64,000 nt of DNA, from the NCBI RefSeq assembly GCF_018350175.1, contig NC_058368.1, positions 117,988,001 through 118,052,000 on the forward strand. The letters run 5' to 3'. Numbering within the stretch: position 1 is the first letter of the stretch; the number at the start of each line of letters is the position of its first letter. Below are positions 1-12,864 of this stretch, in pieces. The notes beneath the pieces are model-generated. The model ran no database searches, was not told the origin of the DNA, and was given only the letters and a program-made list of their open reading frames with translations. A program made the translations under genes and the position numbers. The DNA is from Felis catus. Its lineage: Eukaryota.

Positions 1-369
1 GTTGAAGACCTGTTTATCTGTTGGTGGATATACACTGAGAACTGGTTTGGCTTTAGTGAGTACTTCCAGTTTTCCCAAGCGGTTCTACTAATTCACATTC
101 TCTGCACTGCTTTCTTCGCTGTTCCCTTGCTGTCTAGCTCTTGGGCCAGGTTCTGTGCAAGGAATGAATAGAAGGGAGATAATCGTGACATGCGTCATGG
201 GATGAGTCTCAGTTTGTGCACTGATTAAGAGCACAAGTGGGTTCAATTGTTACTCAGCACCTCTGTTTACCTACTACCTCTGAGGGCAAGTCAGCCAACA
301 TCACTAGGCCTTAAGTTCTTCATCTATAAAGTCAGATAAACATAGTAGTTCTTATCTCTCACAGGGTTT

Positions 370-885
370 TTTACCCACTCCTTTAAATGTTTGTGGACTG
401 CCTCTTGTGTGCTGGGCTCTGTTCTTGGACACTGAATTCACGGGGTGCACAGAACAGAGGAGGCTTTGCTCTCGTGGAATTTATACTCTAGTTAGAGGAG
501 GCAGATAATAATGGAGCAAACAAAGAATTAAGATAATTTTAGATAGCAATAGATATTATGGAGGCAATAAAACAGGGTGCCATGATGGAGCGTGGAGGGG
601 AGGGTAGTAGGGAAGTCAGGGTGGTAGTAACTGAGCTGAGACCCAAATGACCAGAAGGAGGCACCTGTAGGTGGATCTGAGGGAAGAGCACTCTATGCAG
701 CAGGGCTAGCTGGTGCAAAGGCCATGAGGTAGGAACAGGTTTCGTGTATGTGAGTTGCAGAAGGAAGGTTTATGCTGCTGGAGTGAAAGGACTAGTGGGT
801 GGGCTGTTTGAGATACAGCAGCAGAAATAGGCAGCGGTCAGGTCCTGCAGGGCTTCGAAGGCCATAGTAAGGAGTTGGCATTTTA
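370..885 (-). mobile_element. LINE-2 (L2) 3' region, degenerate
   Basis: Typical L2 antisense text (gtgctgggctct...gaatttatactctagtt...ggtgcaaaggccatgaggtaggaacag...gccatagtaaggagttgg); heavily diverged. Confidence 0.7.
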
Positions 886-919
886 TCTATGTATTTTTTT
901 TAAGTTTTTGTTAAAAGTG

Positions 920-1126
920 TTTTTTAATGTATATTTATATTTGAGAGACAGAGTCCAAGTGCAAGCTGGGGAGGGGCAGAAAGAGAGGGAGACAGAAAAT
1001 CCAAAGCAGTCTCCAGGCTCTGAGCTGTCAGCATAGAGCCTGTCATGGGGCTTGAACTCACAAGCCATGAGATCGTGACCTGAGATGAAGTTGGATGCTC
1101 AACCAACTGAGCCACCCAGGCGCCCC
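920..1126 (-). mobile_element. CAN-SINE (felid SINEC_Fc type)
   Basis: Reverse complement starts GGGGCGCCTGGGTGGCTCAG, then CT-rich tract and A tail; flanking repeat aagtgttt. Confidence 0.95.
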
Positions 1127-1134
1127 TAAGTGTT

Positions 1135-1230
1135 TATTTTTAAGTAATGTCTGCATCCATTGTGGGGCTCAGACTCAGAACCCCAAGATCAAGAGTTGCA
1201 TGCTCTACCAGCAGAGCCAGCGACGTGTCC
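1135..1230 (-). mobile_element. Short older tRNA-Lys-derived carnivore SINE
   Basis: RC reads ggctctgctggtagagcatgcaactcttgatcttggg...gcagacattactt; no CT tract. Its tail hosts the SINE at 920-1126. Confidence 0.8.
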
Positions 1231-2244
1231 TGCATTTTAATATCAGTGAAAGTTATTGAAGTGTCTTAAGTAGGGGACCACTATGAGCTAATTTACATGA
1301 AAATTGAAAGATTATATGCTTATATATATGTATACACACACACACACACACACACACTTAACACAGAGTCTGGCATAGAGTGATGTTTGGTAAATGTTGT
1401 TATTATTCATGTTCTTAAAGAATCTAAAAATTTTCATCCTCATTGAGGATAAGGAAGCCAAGGCATAGAGCCATTACCGTCCATATATAAAGTCAATCAA
1501 ATCAGACAACAAAGTGTAGATTTTATTAATCAAAGGAACTGCTTTTGGTCTCTTTCCCAAATGGGAATTTTAAGGCAGAGGAGTTTCTCTGTGGTTAGCA
1601 ATTGTCTGAAGCCAACCAAACTCAACTCCTTCAGCCCACCGCGCCAAAATGCCCAGAGTTCAGTCACTTGGGTCCCATTGGCTGTGGCCCATCCATCATT
1701 TAGGGCCCTTGGAAAGGCTAGTGGTTGATTGTTAATCCGTCTACCTTTGCTCTGGGTCTGATGGGTCAACAATGGGGAGCCATTCCCCGTCTTCCACCTT
1801 CAGTGTCCACCAGGTTTACTGAGACACCATCCACTGCTGTGGCTTGGAGGCTTTCCTACCATGTTCTTGCCATATACACAGCCCAGAGAGTGTTTTTATG
1901 TTTAGGAAAGGCCTTTGAAGGCAGCTGCATTTAATTTTCTCTGACATAGAGAAATGACAAGTAAATAATCTTTGAATGAATGAATGCAGATTGGGTGATG
2001 AAACTGGGGAAAGCTTCTTGGGGTATGGAACACTTGTTTCTGGGCAAAGCACCCTTCTCTAAGTGAGGATGTTGTCATTCCTTTACTCATCAGTATTTAT
2101 TGAGCCTCTGTGAGGCTCCAGGTGCCAAGCACTGTGCAGATCTGTGAGTATAAAGGATGCCATTCTTCCCCTTATGGAGCTTACAGTCTAGTGAGACATA
2201 CATTCATCAAACAATTGCACAAATATAAATGTTAAATGACAACA

Positions 2245-2492
2245 GGGGCACCTGGGTGGCTCAGTTGGTTAAGCGTCCGACTTCAGCTCAGGTCATGATC
2301 TCATGGCTTGCGAGTTCAAGCCCCGTGACAGGCTCTAGTGGTTTGTGGGTTCGAGCCCCATGTCAGGCTCTGTGCCGACAGCTGGGAACCTGGAGCCTGC
2401 TTTGGATTCTGTGTCTCCCTCTCTCTCTGCCCCACGCTCTGTGTCTCTGTCTCTCAAAAATGAATAAACGTTGAAAAAATTTTTTAAAACAT
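2245..2492 (+). mobile_element. CAN-SINE with duplicated B-box segment, inserted in an L2 relic
   Basis: ggggcacctgggtggctcag start, CT tract, A tail, TSD aaatgaca(a/g)cag; 33-bp segment repeated at 2304-2336 and 2339-2371. Confidence 0.95.
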
Positions 2493-3262
2493 AAAATGAC
2501 AGCAGTGATAAGTGCTCTGCAGGAGAGGTATTAACACCCTGAAGGTATATAATGAAGCTGAGGCTTTGGGAAGAAAGTTCCTCTCCATATCTAGTGATAC
2601 CTCAGTTTAGCCCAAAAGGATGAGTGGTGATAAGTGGGTTTGGAGGGTGGAGGGAGAAGTTTTCCAGGCAAGGACAGCATATACAAAGGTCCTGAGGTAG
2701 GAGGGAGCATGCATGATGAACCCAAGGACATAAGATAAAGCCCACTGTGACTAAAGAATTGAAAATGAAGTGGACTCTGGTCCCAGAAAAAGCTAGAGAT
2801 AGGGAAGAGGGAACAGATCATTGAAGGTTTCGGAGGCTGTGCAAAGATTAGTAGTTTTATCCTGCTCAAGGATCATGGGCTACTACTAAAAGTATTAAAG
2901 CTGTGTATGTTTGTGTGTGAGTATGCACATTGGAGAATATGTCATTTTGGCTACAGTGTGGAAAATGGATTAGAAGGAGCCAGAATATATTCTGGTGATT
3001 TGCCCAGCCTTCCCTGGCCCTTCAGTCCTAGAGGTGATAACGAAGCCTGTTTTTTCACAATTCCACAGTGTTGCACTATCCTGAGTTTCCTTACACTCTG
3101 GCCACATGTCTGCAAATAGTTCCTTTATCAAACTATCCTCAGATGACCGAATTTGTTCTGTTTGACTTTGTGGAGAAATCACACTGACAGGATCAAGCAG
3201 GAGGAAACTTTGGCAGTTACTTAGGCTCACTCCTTTATTTTTTTTTGTAACAAGCACTATTA

Positions 3263-3396
3263 CATTTTTTTTTAAGTGTACTTATTTTGAGAGAGAGCGA
3301 GCAAGTGCATGTGAGAGGGGCAGAGAGAGGGAGAGAGAGAATCCCAAGCAGGCTCAGCACTAAATGTGGAAAAGGACAATTAAAATATGTATTTAT

Positions 3397-3453
<57 letters not shown>

Positions 3454-3591
3454 AGGGAGAGAGACTTTCAAGGAGGCTCCAGTCTGTCAGTATAGAACCT
3501 GATGTGGGGCTTGAACTCACTAACCTCGAGATCATGACCTGAGCTGAAACCAAGAGTTGGGTGCTGAACTGACTGAGCCACTCAGGTGCCC
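3263..3591 (-). mobile_element. Two adjacent CAN-SINE pieces (3' fragment 3263-3360; near full copy 3385-3591 with (GA)n)
   Basis: Two T-tail/GA-tract units; only the right one retains the tRNA head. Confidence 0.9.
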
Positions 3592-3899
3592 TGGATTTTA
3601 ATTTCTAGCCAGTCTGACAAGCTTTGTGTTTTCGATGCAGAGTGGTGCATTTCAGTTTGCATGTTTTTATATAAGAACTGAAAATGACTGAATTAGATTT
3701 CTTTCTGTCTTATCCTGTGCTATTTATCATATGTGTGTGTTATGACTATGTTTTAGAGCAATTTTAGCTTTATAACAAAACCTAGAGGAAAGGACGGAGA
3801 TTTCCCATATACCCCCTACCTTCCACATGCATGGCCTTTCCTGTGTGCTGGTTTTTATTTTTGCTTTTCCTTCTACTTTCTTGTCGTGTGGATTGAGTT

Positions 3900-4130
3900 T
3901 TTTTATTTTTTAAAAAATGTTTTATGTTTATTTATTTTTGAGAGAGAGAGAAAGACAGACAGAGGGCAAGTGGGGGAGGGGCAGAGAGAGAGGGAGACAC
4001 AGAATCCGAAGCAGACTCCACGCTCTGAGCTGTCAACATAGAGCCCGATGCGGGGCTTGGACCCAGAACCCTGAGATCATGACCTGAGCAGAAGTCGGAT
4101 GCTTAACTGACTGAGCCACCCAGGTGCCCC
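3900..4130 (-). mobile_element. CAN-SINE
   Basis: Full-length; TSD ggattgagtt at 3890-3899 and 4131-4140. Confidence 0.95.
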
Positions 4131-4857
4131 GGATTGAGTTGTTTAAAAAATCATCCGATTCTTTCCTACTGATTGCTTTGGAAGTTACAGTCTCTCTGTT
4201 TTTTTACTGGATCCCCTAGATGTTTAAAACTTAATCACAATTTCTGCCCTCTTAAACAATATAATATAGGGACCTTAGATTAACTGAAATCCTTAAGTCT
4301 CTACCTTCCCCCCTCACCCCTTTATATTCTTTTGTAGTTCGGAGTTTTCGTTCTATCCTTTTTTTTTTCTTTTTTAGTAGAGACTTACTATTGTTTCTTT
4401 ATATGGACAGATATTGCCCATTGGTGGATTACAGACCCACCAATCTCTTTGTTCACTGTTTCTTTTTATAAGAGCATCTGTCTGAGATTGCTTTTCTTCT
4501 GCCTGAAATTCAGCCTTTAGAATTTCCTTCAGTGTCTGTTGGTAGTAAATTCTCTCAGTTTTTCCTGGGTTGAAAATTCCTTTCTTTCACCCTCATATTT
4601 AAATTTTTGAATAAAATCCTTGAACAACAGTTATTTTGTTCTCAGCACATTGAAGATACCGTTCTGGTTTCCATTGTGACTGCTGAGAAGTCTTGCGTCA
4701 GTCTAACTGCAGTTACTTTGTTGTTGATCTATATTTGTTCCAGGCCCTCTGCAGTTTCAATCTGATGTAAGTACTTGTGAATATATTTTTCTTCATCCTT
4801 CATGGGATTTCTGGATGCAGAGTTTTCTGTCTTAGAACAATTTGGAAAAACTCTTGG

Positions 4858-5026
4858 CATGGGCAGCACTAGTATGAAGTCAGGGAGGTGTCTAGGGCAC
4901 CAAATTTAAGGATGTACTCATTCTTGAGTTTGTCTAAATGCAGAATTGGTCATGAGAGTGAGTGTCTAAAATAAATTTTATGCCCTAGGTACCTACCTCA
5001 CCCACTTCACTCCTATCCTGGTCCTG
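4858..5026. mobile_element. MER96-like palindromic hAT MITE
   Basis: Inverted arms ctagggcaccaaatttaagg / aaattttatgccctagg and tactcattct / agagtgagtg; matches recalled MER96 consensus. Confidence 0.75.
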
Positions 5027-5234
5027 CTTCTACAAACACTCCTCTTTCTTATTCTTTCCTTTATTTTGTTCTGTAAATACAATTAAGTATATATTAGACA
5101 ATCTCATTCTATCCTCCAATGTCACATATGTAGTTCTTTGTATTCTTCATCTCTCTGTATCTTTGGGTCACTCATTAGATTTCTTTAGATCCATTTTCTA
5201 GTAAATGAATTCTGCCTTTAATAGTATCTAATCA

Positions 5235-5460
5235 GGGTGCCTGGGTGGCTCAGTCAGTTAAGTGTTTGACTCTGAATTTTGGCTCAGGTAATGATCTCAT
5301 GGTTGGTGAGTTCGAGCCTGGCATTGGGCTCTGCGTTGAGAGTGTGGAGCCTGCTTGGGATTCTCTCTCTCCCTGTCTTTCTGCCTCTTCCCCGCTCACA
5401 CTCTTTCTCTCTCTCTCAAAAATAAATAAATAAAATTTAAAAATTAATTAAAAAAAACCC
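5235..5460 (+). mobile_element. CAN-SINE
   Basis: Full-length; TSD tagtatctaatc at 5222-5233 and 5462-5473. Confidence 0.95.
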
Positions 5461-5499
5461 CTAGTATCTAATCTGCTATTTAATCCATCTTCGTTTTAA

Positions 5500-5729
5500 T
5501 TAAAAACATTTAAAAAACTTTTTTTTTTTTTTGAGAGAGACAGAGAGAGGAAGAGAGAGAGAGCGCAAGCACTGGCATGAGCAGGGGGAGGGGCAGAAAG
5601 GAGACATAGATTCCAAAGCAGGTTCCAGGCTCTGAGCACAGCCTGATGGGGGGCTCGAACCCACTAACTGTGAGATCATGACCTGAGCCAAAGTCAGATG
5701 CTGAACCAATTTAGCCACCCAGGCAACCC
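5500..5729 (-). mobile_element. CAN-SINE
   Basis: Head, GA tract and T tail; tail-to-tail with the SINE at 5235. Confidence 0.95.
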
Positions 5730-6576
5730 TTAAGTTTTTTTTTTTTTTTTTTTTTTCAAAATTGGCTTGGCTACTTTTTATAGTCTTCTACCCCTGGCTC
5801 ATATGTTTAAGGCTTATGTTTATTTCTTGAAATATAGTACATATACTTACCCATTTTCTGTACGTGATAATTTTTATGTCATATTTTTGTGGATCTGATT
5901 AGACTGTCTGTTGTTTCTGCTGGTTCTCGCTTATGGTGCCTTGTTTCCTTGTGTGTTTTGTGATTTTCAGCTTTAGGCCCAATTTCTTGGAATTTTATGG
6001 GCATTCCTTAATGCATCAGTTGAAATTATAGTCCTTTAGAGATAATTTGTATTTGCTTTTACCATTACTGAGTTTTATTCCTACCTGCAGCTACTTAAAT
6101 TTTCTGCTTGAAGTTTTCAAGTACACAAGGTATAGGTTGTATGAATTCAGTCTATAAACTCGTGAAAGTTGGTTTGTAGTTATGAATTTTCAGGGGAGAT
6201 TTGTTTTCCTTTGCTCATGTAATATCAGTGTTTGCCAAACAAATTTCCTTGCTGCCTCTTCTGTGCCTCGGATATATTTCTCACTCATCCCTTACACTGA
6301 GGCTGTAACTTTTTGTGGATCCTTTTGAGGGGCTTCTATTAGGCTTATTACCTTGTGTGATATTACCTTCTGCCTGCCTCTATTACCTTCTTATCTTGTA
6401 TCTTCTGTCTTCCTCATCCTTTGTATTTATCAGAATGAAAGCTTTATGTCACCAGGTTACTGCAGATATCTTAAGGGGAAAGCTGTCTCGTGCACTCACT
6501 TACGTTCCAGAGTTGCCATTTTCTTCTCTGTTTTTCTTTTCCTTTTTTATCTTGGCCTCTGAGTATTTCTTTCTTC

Positions 6577-6758
6577 TTTTAATTTCTTTTAAGGTTTATT
6601 CATTTTTCAGAGACAGAAACACAGCATGAAGGGGGAGGGGCAGAGAGAGAGAGGGAGACACAGAATCTGAAGCAGGCTCTAGGCTCTGAGCTGTCAGCAC
6701 AGATCCTGAGGCAGGACTTGAACCCACGAACCTCAAGATCATGACCTGAGCCAAAGTC
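6577..6758 (-). mobile_element. CAN-SINE, 5'-truncated
   Basis: Tail and body present; ends at atgacctgagccaaagtc without the A box. Confidence 0.9.
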
Positions 6759-6978
6759 TTCCAATTCAGTGATGTATTTTTGAAAAAATTCTATATTTTA
6801 TTCAATACTTGGAATTATTTTCATTGAGAAAGCCATCCAGGGTATTTTGGTCACCATACCATCAGAAACTGAACCAATTCTTTTACATTCCCAGAGAAAG
6901 AGGTAGCACGGTGTAGTATGAAGAGTTGGAGGTTAGACCATACTGGGTTCACATCCACATTTCATTCTTTCAAGACCA

Positions 6979-7270
6979 GGGTGCTTGGTTGGCCTAATCG
7001 GTAGAGCAAGCAACTCTTGATCTCAGGGTTATGAGTTTGAGCCCCAGTGTGTGATGTACAGTTTACTTAAAAACAATTCTTGGGGTGTCTAGGTGGCTCA
7101 GTCAGTTAAGTGTCCAACTCTTGATTTCAGCTCAGGTCATGATCTCGGAGTTTGTGGTACTGAACCTTGCATTGGGCTCTGTGCTGACAGTGCAAAGCCT
7201 GCTTGGGATTCTCTTTCTCTCCCCTGCTCGTGCTGTCTCTCTCAAAATACATAAATAAACTTCAAAAAAA
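6979..7270 (+). mobile_element. Short old SINE (6979-7073) followed by CAN-SINE (7082-7270)
   Basis: Two tRNA heads in tandem; aattctt repeated around the second copy. Confidence 0.9.
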
Positions 7271-7529
7271 TTCTTACAAGAATCCTATGATGTAGGTACC
7301 ATTGTTATCTTCATTTTATAGATCAAAAAACCTGCCTAAGGCCACAGGATGGAATGAGGAACCAAACCCATGTAAGACACTGGAGCTTATGTTTTTATCT
7401 TCACTGCTATTCTATCTTTCTAACAGAACCGTCCACTGAATCCTAAAAATTCAATACTTATCTAAATATAAATGCACTGAAATATTTCATCTGTGGGGTG
7501 GGGTTGGGGGGACAGAATAGAACTAGGGT

Positions 7530-7829
7530 TGTAGAGCATGTGGCTCTTGATCTCAGGATTGTAAGATCAAGACCCACATTGAGCATAAAGCTTACTTTAA
7601 AAAAAAAAAAAAAGATGGGCGCCTGGGTGACTCAGTCAGTTAAGCGTCTGACTTTTGCTCAGGTCATGATTTCATGGTTCGTGGGTTCAAGCCCCGCGTC
7701 AAACTCTGTGCTGACAGCTGGGAGCCTGGAGCCTGCTTTGGATCCTATGTCTCTGTCTATCTCTGCCCCTCCCTTGCTTGTGCTCTTTCTCTCTCTCTCT
7801 TAAAAATAAATAAACATTAAAAAAAAAAA
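7530..7829 (+). mobile_element. Truncated short SINE (7530-7613) followed by CAN-SINE (7617-7829)
   Basis: gtagagcatgtggctcttgatctcagg...A tail, then gggcgcctgggtgactcag head, CT tract and A tail. Confidence 0.9.
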
Positions 7830-8303
7830 GTTAGAGCTAAAACACTGGACAACAGACAATGATTTTGAGATCCACTGAAAGTTTCTTTGTTGTCTATGAG
7901 GGAGGAAAAAGGACAGAGTAAAAGATGATTCCATATTTTTGAGTGACCAGATGGAAGGTGCTTTTAGGAATAGGGAAGTTGGGACGAGAGCTGAGTTTGC
8001 TTTTGTTTCGTGCCTCAGTTTCCTCATCTGTGAAGCAAGGTTGTTGGGTTGACCTACAAGGATTTTGTGGTTCTAGACCTCTTGAAGTTTCAAGATTGGC
8101 AAAATGACTCAGGAATAATTGTTTCGTAGGCAGCTGGAATTTAGAACTGGGATCTGGATGAGCATCTAGGTCTCTGTGTGTAGACATGTTGACCTGCATG
8201 GGAAATTGGGAAGGGGAGGGATGATAGTTTAGACCATGGAGATGAATTGACAGAGGAGGATGAGATCTTTGGGGATGATGACTGTGACATAGAATACAAG
8301 GGG

Positions 8304-8638
8304 TGTATTAGTCTACTAGAGCCACTATAACCAAGTACCACAGACCCCGTGGTTTAAACAACAGAAACTTATTTTCTCACAATTCTGGAGGCTGGAAGTG
8401 TGAGGCTACAATGCCAACCGAATTGGTTTCTTCTTAGGGCTCTCTCCTTTACTTATAGAAGACCCTGTCTTCACATGGTTTGCCCTCTGCCTGTGTCCTG
8501 ATAAATCAACCAGTCATATTAGATTAGGGCCCACCCTAATGGACCTCATTAATTACTTTTTAAAGACCCTATCTCCAATACAGTCACATTCTGAGGCGCA
8601 GGGGGTTAGCATTTTAACATATGGATTTTGGAGGGATG
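8304..8638 (-). mobile_element. MaLR solo LTR, MLT1B-like
   Basis: tgtattagtc start; ttattttctcacaattctggaggctggaag; attagggcccaccctaat; cagtcacattctgagg. Confidence 0.85.
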
Positions 8639-10279
8639 CTGTGAGGCAAGAAGCAATACAAGGCAAGAATCAGGGGCGGGAAAGAGAGAAGAGAAGGGAG
8701 GACAATGGAGTATAGTCACCCAGAGAAACCAAAGAAGGAGAAAGGTGTGGAAATTAGGAACAAGCAGTGGGGAGGGGCGCCTGGATTAACAGCTGGTGAG
8801 CTGGTGCGCCTGAGGACTCCCTACAAGGAAGCCTTTTCAGTAGAGAGGTGGAAACCAGGCTTTGAGGGTTTGAGGCAGATGCCAGCATGGTAAGGGAGTA
8901 GAGGAGCAAGGCCAAGCAGCAAGTTTTTGGTTTCACTTCTAGACACAATAGATATTCCACATAGATATTTGTTGAATGAATATATTAATTTTCTTTCCTC
9001 CCTCCTCTGATCCTCCTTGGTCCTAGGACTTGGTTTCTCTTTAGAAACTGTGAGGTGAGGCCGCATTCCAGGACCTTGGGCCCGAGTTTATTCTTTGATG
9101 TGGCTGGATCTTGAGGACAAGCCAAGGGGAAGAGAACATCTTTTCTGTGAGGAAGAGAATGAATTGCACGAACCGAACCAAATTGCATTATCAGTAAGCT
9201 GCCACATCGTAAAGAAGGGAATAGGGTGACAAGAGGTTGGAGAGGCCTTGGGGGTTATTTTGTAATTTTCCTGTCCGCCCTTCGGAAATGAAGAGGTTGT
9301 TCATTCATTCACCGAAAGAAATTTTAATGAAGCATCTACTCTGAATTGGGCACTGTGCTAGGCAAGAGGGAGATATCAGTGGAGCAAGTATGAAAGATTT
9401 ATTCGCTGCTTATGTAATGCCATGTCCTGTGTTAAGTACTTGGTATACCTCCTGCCTTCAAGGACAGTGTAAGGCAGGGACTGTGCATGTTGCTTTTGCT
9501 TTTTTTCACAGGTGGGGGCATGGACTAACTGAAGCCTAAGATGGTGGCTCACTGTGGGTCACAGAGTTGTATGTGAGCAACTTGGATACATCTTTTCTTC
9601 CCCGCCCTAGTTTCACCCAGGCTCCTGGGCTTCCCCCAGGGTGCAGTAAGGGGCTTGGCTTGGGGTCCTGCATGAGTCAGGCTGAGCTGGGGATAAGCAC
9701 TCACAGTTCCTGCCGTTCCATCCTGTCCTTGGCCTGAGCAAGGACATAGTTGTAAAGGGACGGATGTGGGCTAGGATAATAATGCCGAGTCACTGCTGAT
9801 GAAAGCCCTATGTGTTCACCTCCCCCCAGCCACCACCTGAAGGCTGTCTCCTCTGCTGTCCTTATTGTCATACTCACATCCCTCTCAGTCCCACTGAAAA
9901 CAGCTGGGATTGTGTCTCATGAACCAAAAACGTGTTTCCTTCCTTCTCTGGGGCTACCTCAGGGCTACCTGAGAACACAGCCAGACTCTGAAATCTTATC
10001 CCCCCAATGCCTGGGATTTCCCCTCTGGTTCCAGATAAAGGGACATACGTGGGTTCTGTGAGCTTCTTTTGAGCGGGATCGTAAGGAAACAGACCAGTGA
10101 CCTCTTTCTTCTATTTTGAAATGAGGAGGAACGTGGTCACACCGGTGACCAGTGAGTCAGTGAGTATAGGGACTGAATGCTATATTTGGGTAGAGACACG
10201 GGAGGTAGAACCAAATTTGATGACTCACTCCCAGTCTAGTCTAATCTGGCAATCAGAAGCCCTAAGACTTAAGGCGTCC

Positions 10280-10800
10280 GTAGAGATATGTATACAAAGA
10301 TGTTCATCACATTGTTTTAGTAGTAGCAACCTACATGCCCATCTGTAGGAGGTTGATTAAATCAATGATGGTTGCTTTTTACAAAAGAAATCGAAGTTGC
10401 CTTTGAACAGTGTGTGGTGAACCTGTCAGGTATAGGTATAGAAAGGTGTTCAAGACCGATTGTTAGGGGTGTCTGCATGGCTCAGTCAGTTAAATATCCG
10501 ACTCTTGATCTCAGCTCAGGTCTTGATCTCAGGGTCATGAGTTCAAGCCCTGTGCTCGGCTCTGCACTGTACATGAAGCCTACTTAGAGCGAGAGAGGCC
10601 GATTGTTAAGCGAATAAAGCAGGCCACAGAAAAGTGTATGTGTGTATATGTTTCTATAGCCGTGGATGTTTTCTGGAAATACACATGAGAAGCTAACTGG
10701 TTATTTCTGAAGATCAGGAATGGAGGTTTGGGTGAGGAGTGAGACATTTGCTATTCACTTTTAATATTTTAATGAACATGTATTGTTTTTATAATACAAT
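10280..10800 (+). mobile_element. Old L1M 3' fragment interrupted by a short SINE (10466-10597)
   Basis: atatgtatacaaagatgttcatc...; SINE TSD ccgattgtta on both sides. Confidence 0.7.
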
Positions 10801-11114
10801 GATAGTGATAAAAAAAAAAAAAGGTGGAAGAAAGAAAGGCTTAAGGTTCCAAACCAAAGTTACTAAAACAATTCAGCACCGAATCCAGGAGTGCTGAGGG
10901 CAGGAGGAACCACAAAGTGGGGCCTGAGATGACTTTGTATGATGGAACTTTCTCTTAACCACTGCTTGCAGAGAATGCTTTGACCAGCCAAGGGTGGACA
11001 CAGAGGTAGGGACTGGCAGGAAATCAGTATTTGCAAGGCTGGCTCGGTGACAGAAAGTGTAAAGCAAAATCAAGGCCAAAGTTCAAATCCAAGAATAGGA
11101 ACTGGAGTCTCTTA

Positions 11115-11390
11115 TAACAATAGCTAACACGTACTGAGTACTACTGAGTACGTGTATCACATATGTATCACACTGTCATGTATCACAACACTGTCCTAAT
11201 TGTTTTACTTAGCATTATTTCATTTAAATTTTCACATCAAACCAATGAGGTAGCACTGTTATTATCCCAGTTTTACAGGTAAGGATACTGAAGCTCAGAG
11301 GGTCCAGATACACACAATTAGAATTGGTAGGGCTGAGATTAGCCCAGGTCTGTCTGTTTCTAGAGGCAGTTCTCTTACCACCTCCTGAAT
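11115..11390 (-). mobile_element. MIR
   Basis: MIR core attatcccagttttacaggtaaggatactgaagctcagag. Confidence 0.75.
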
Positions 11391-12864
11391 ACTACTCCAT
11401 GTTGAACTCTAAGGCCCTAGGGTCCAAGAACAGGACATCCTTACTATCAAGGCACAGTCTGGATAGCTGGGGAATATTGCACTAATGTGTGTGGAATATA
11501 TAGTATCTTATATAAGGCACACATTTGGATTTAGCTGGGCTGCAAAGATGATAAGCATTTTTGGATTTTAAATTTGGGGAGATCTGCAAGTTCTGAAGTT
11601 GTAAATAAAGGCATCTTGGAGGAGGAAGGATTTAAACCATAGGTCTGGAAGGATGGATTGAATTAAGAGAGGAGTATGGAGAACATTCCAGAGAAGAGAA
11701 TGCACAAGTTGTGCAGAAGTCTGCTCTGTTGTTTCAGAGACAGTGACACATCTTGCCTAATCAGAGTGAGAGTTGTGTACATGTGATAAGCGAGCTGCTG
11801 TGTGTGGGGAGGGAAAACAGAGCATCAGAAGTCATCCTGAAGGGTGAAAGCTGGCAGAAGAGTTGTAACTTAACATGGGAGGGAATCAAGAGAGTCTGAA
11901 GGTATTTTGGGGCAGTGAGGAGATACTGCAAAGTGATGCTTCAGAGAGATTAATGTGACAGAGGTGTCCAAACGCCTTGGAGTGAAGGAGGGAGCCAGGG
12001 GAAAATATCGGTGTGGGGTGACAGAGGCCTCAGCGAAGGTACTAGAGGGATGAAGCAGAAGGGTCGGGTGAAAGCTGCTGGAAAGGGAGAGAGGGAGGAG
12101 ACAATAGGACTTGCTGATTGAAAAGAAACAGACTATGAAAGCAAGGGTCCAAACCAAATAGTTCTGGGCTTCAAATCCATGTGTCCAAAGAAGGGAATGC
12201 CTATATCTGGAACAGGGAATTGGGAGAGGGTTTGCTATTGGAGGTGGGGTGGGAACAGATGATGAATTGTGTTTTCATTCCAAACCTTGCTTTTTCCTGT
12301 GACTGTAAGTCAGTATAGGGACTTTTTCTCTCTGTTTTCTTGGCTATGTAATGCATAGGACTCCCTTTGTCTGGACCAGTTCATTCATTCAACAGTTCTT
12401 TATTAAGTTGTCATTATGGTCTGATTGTTGGGAACACAGCATTGAGAGCCAGAGCTGGTCCCTGTCCTCATGAAAGGCAGATATTGAGCAAGAAATTATA
12501 ATGGTCCTAGTATCAGGGTGACATTTCTTCCCCAGACCAATCCTGCTCTCTACTCCCCAAGTCCGTAGCAGGCACCAACTGGTGAGGGCATTTGTCAGAC
12601 ATTTTACTATACATTGTATCTTGAAAAAAAAATCATCACAACCATTTATGTATTTCTTTGTTCTATAAATATTTATTGCATGGCACTGTGGCTATGTATT
12701 TTTAGCCCTCATGCTCACTCACTAGTGGAGGATACTGACAAGTAAACAGATAATGATAACATGGTGTAAGAAGTATAGTGAGGGATAAGCACCAGGTTGT
12801 GGGAGCAACTGGGAGGGATATGTGGCTGGCCAGGTGAGTTTCTCTGACAAGAATAATGAGGTAT

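Larger units (their letters stand above)
4140..6880 (-). mobile_element. Ancient L1M (ORF1/5' region) relic, fragmented by later insertions
   Basis: T-rich antisense L1M motifs such as gtagtaaattctctcagttttt, ctcagcacattgaagata and gctgagaagtcttg...gtcagtcta. Confidence 0.65.
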
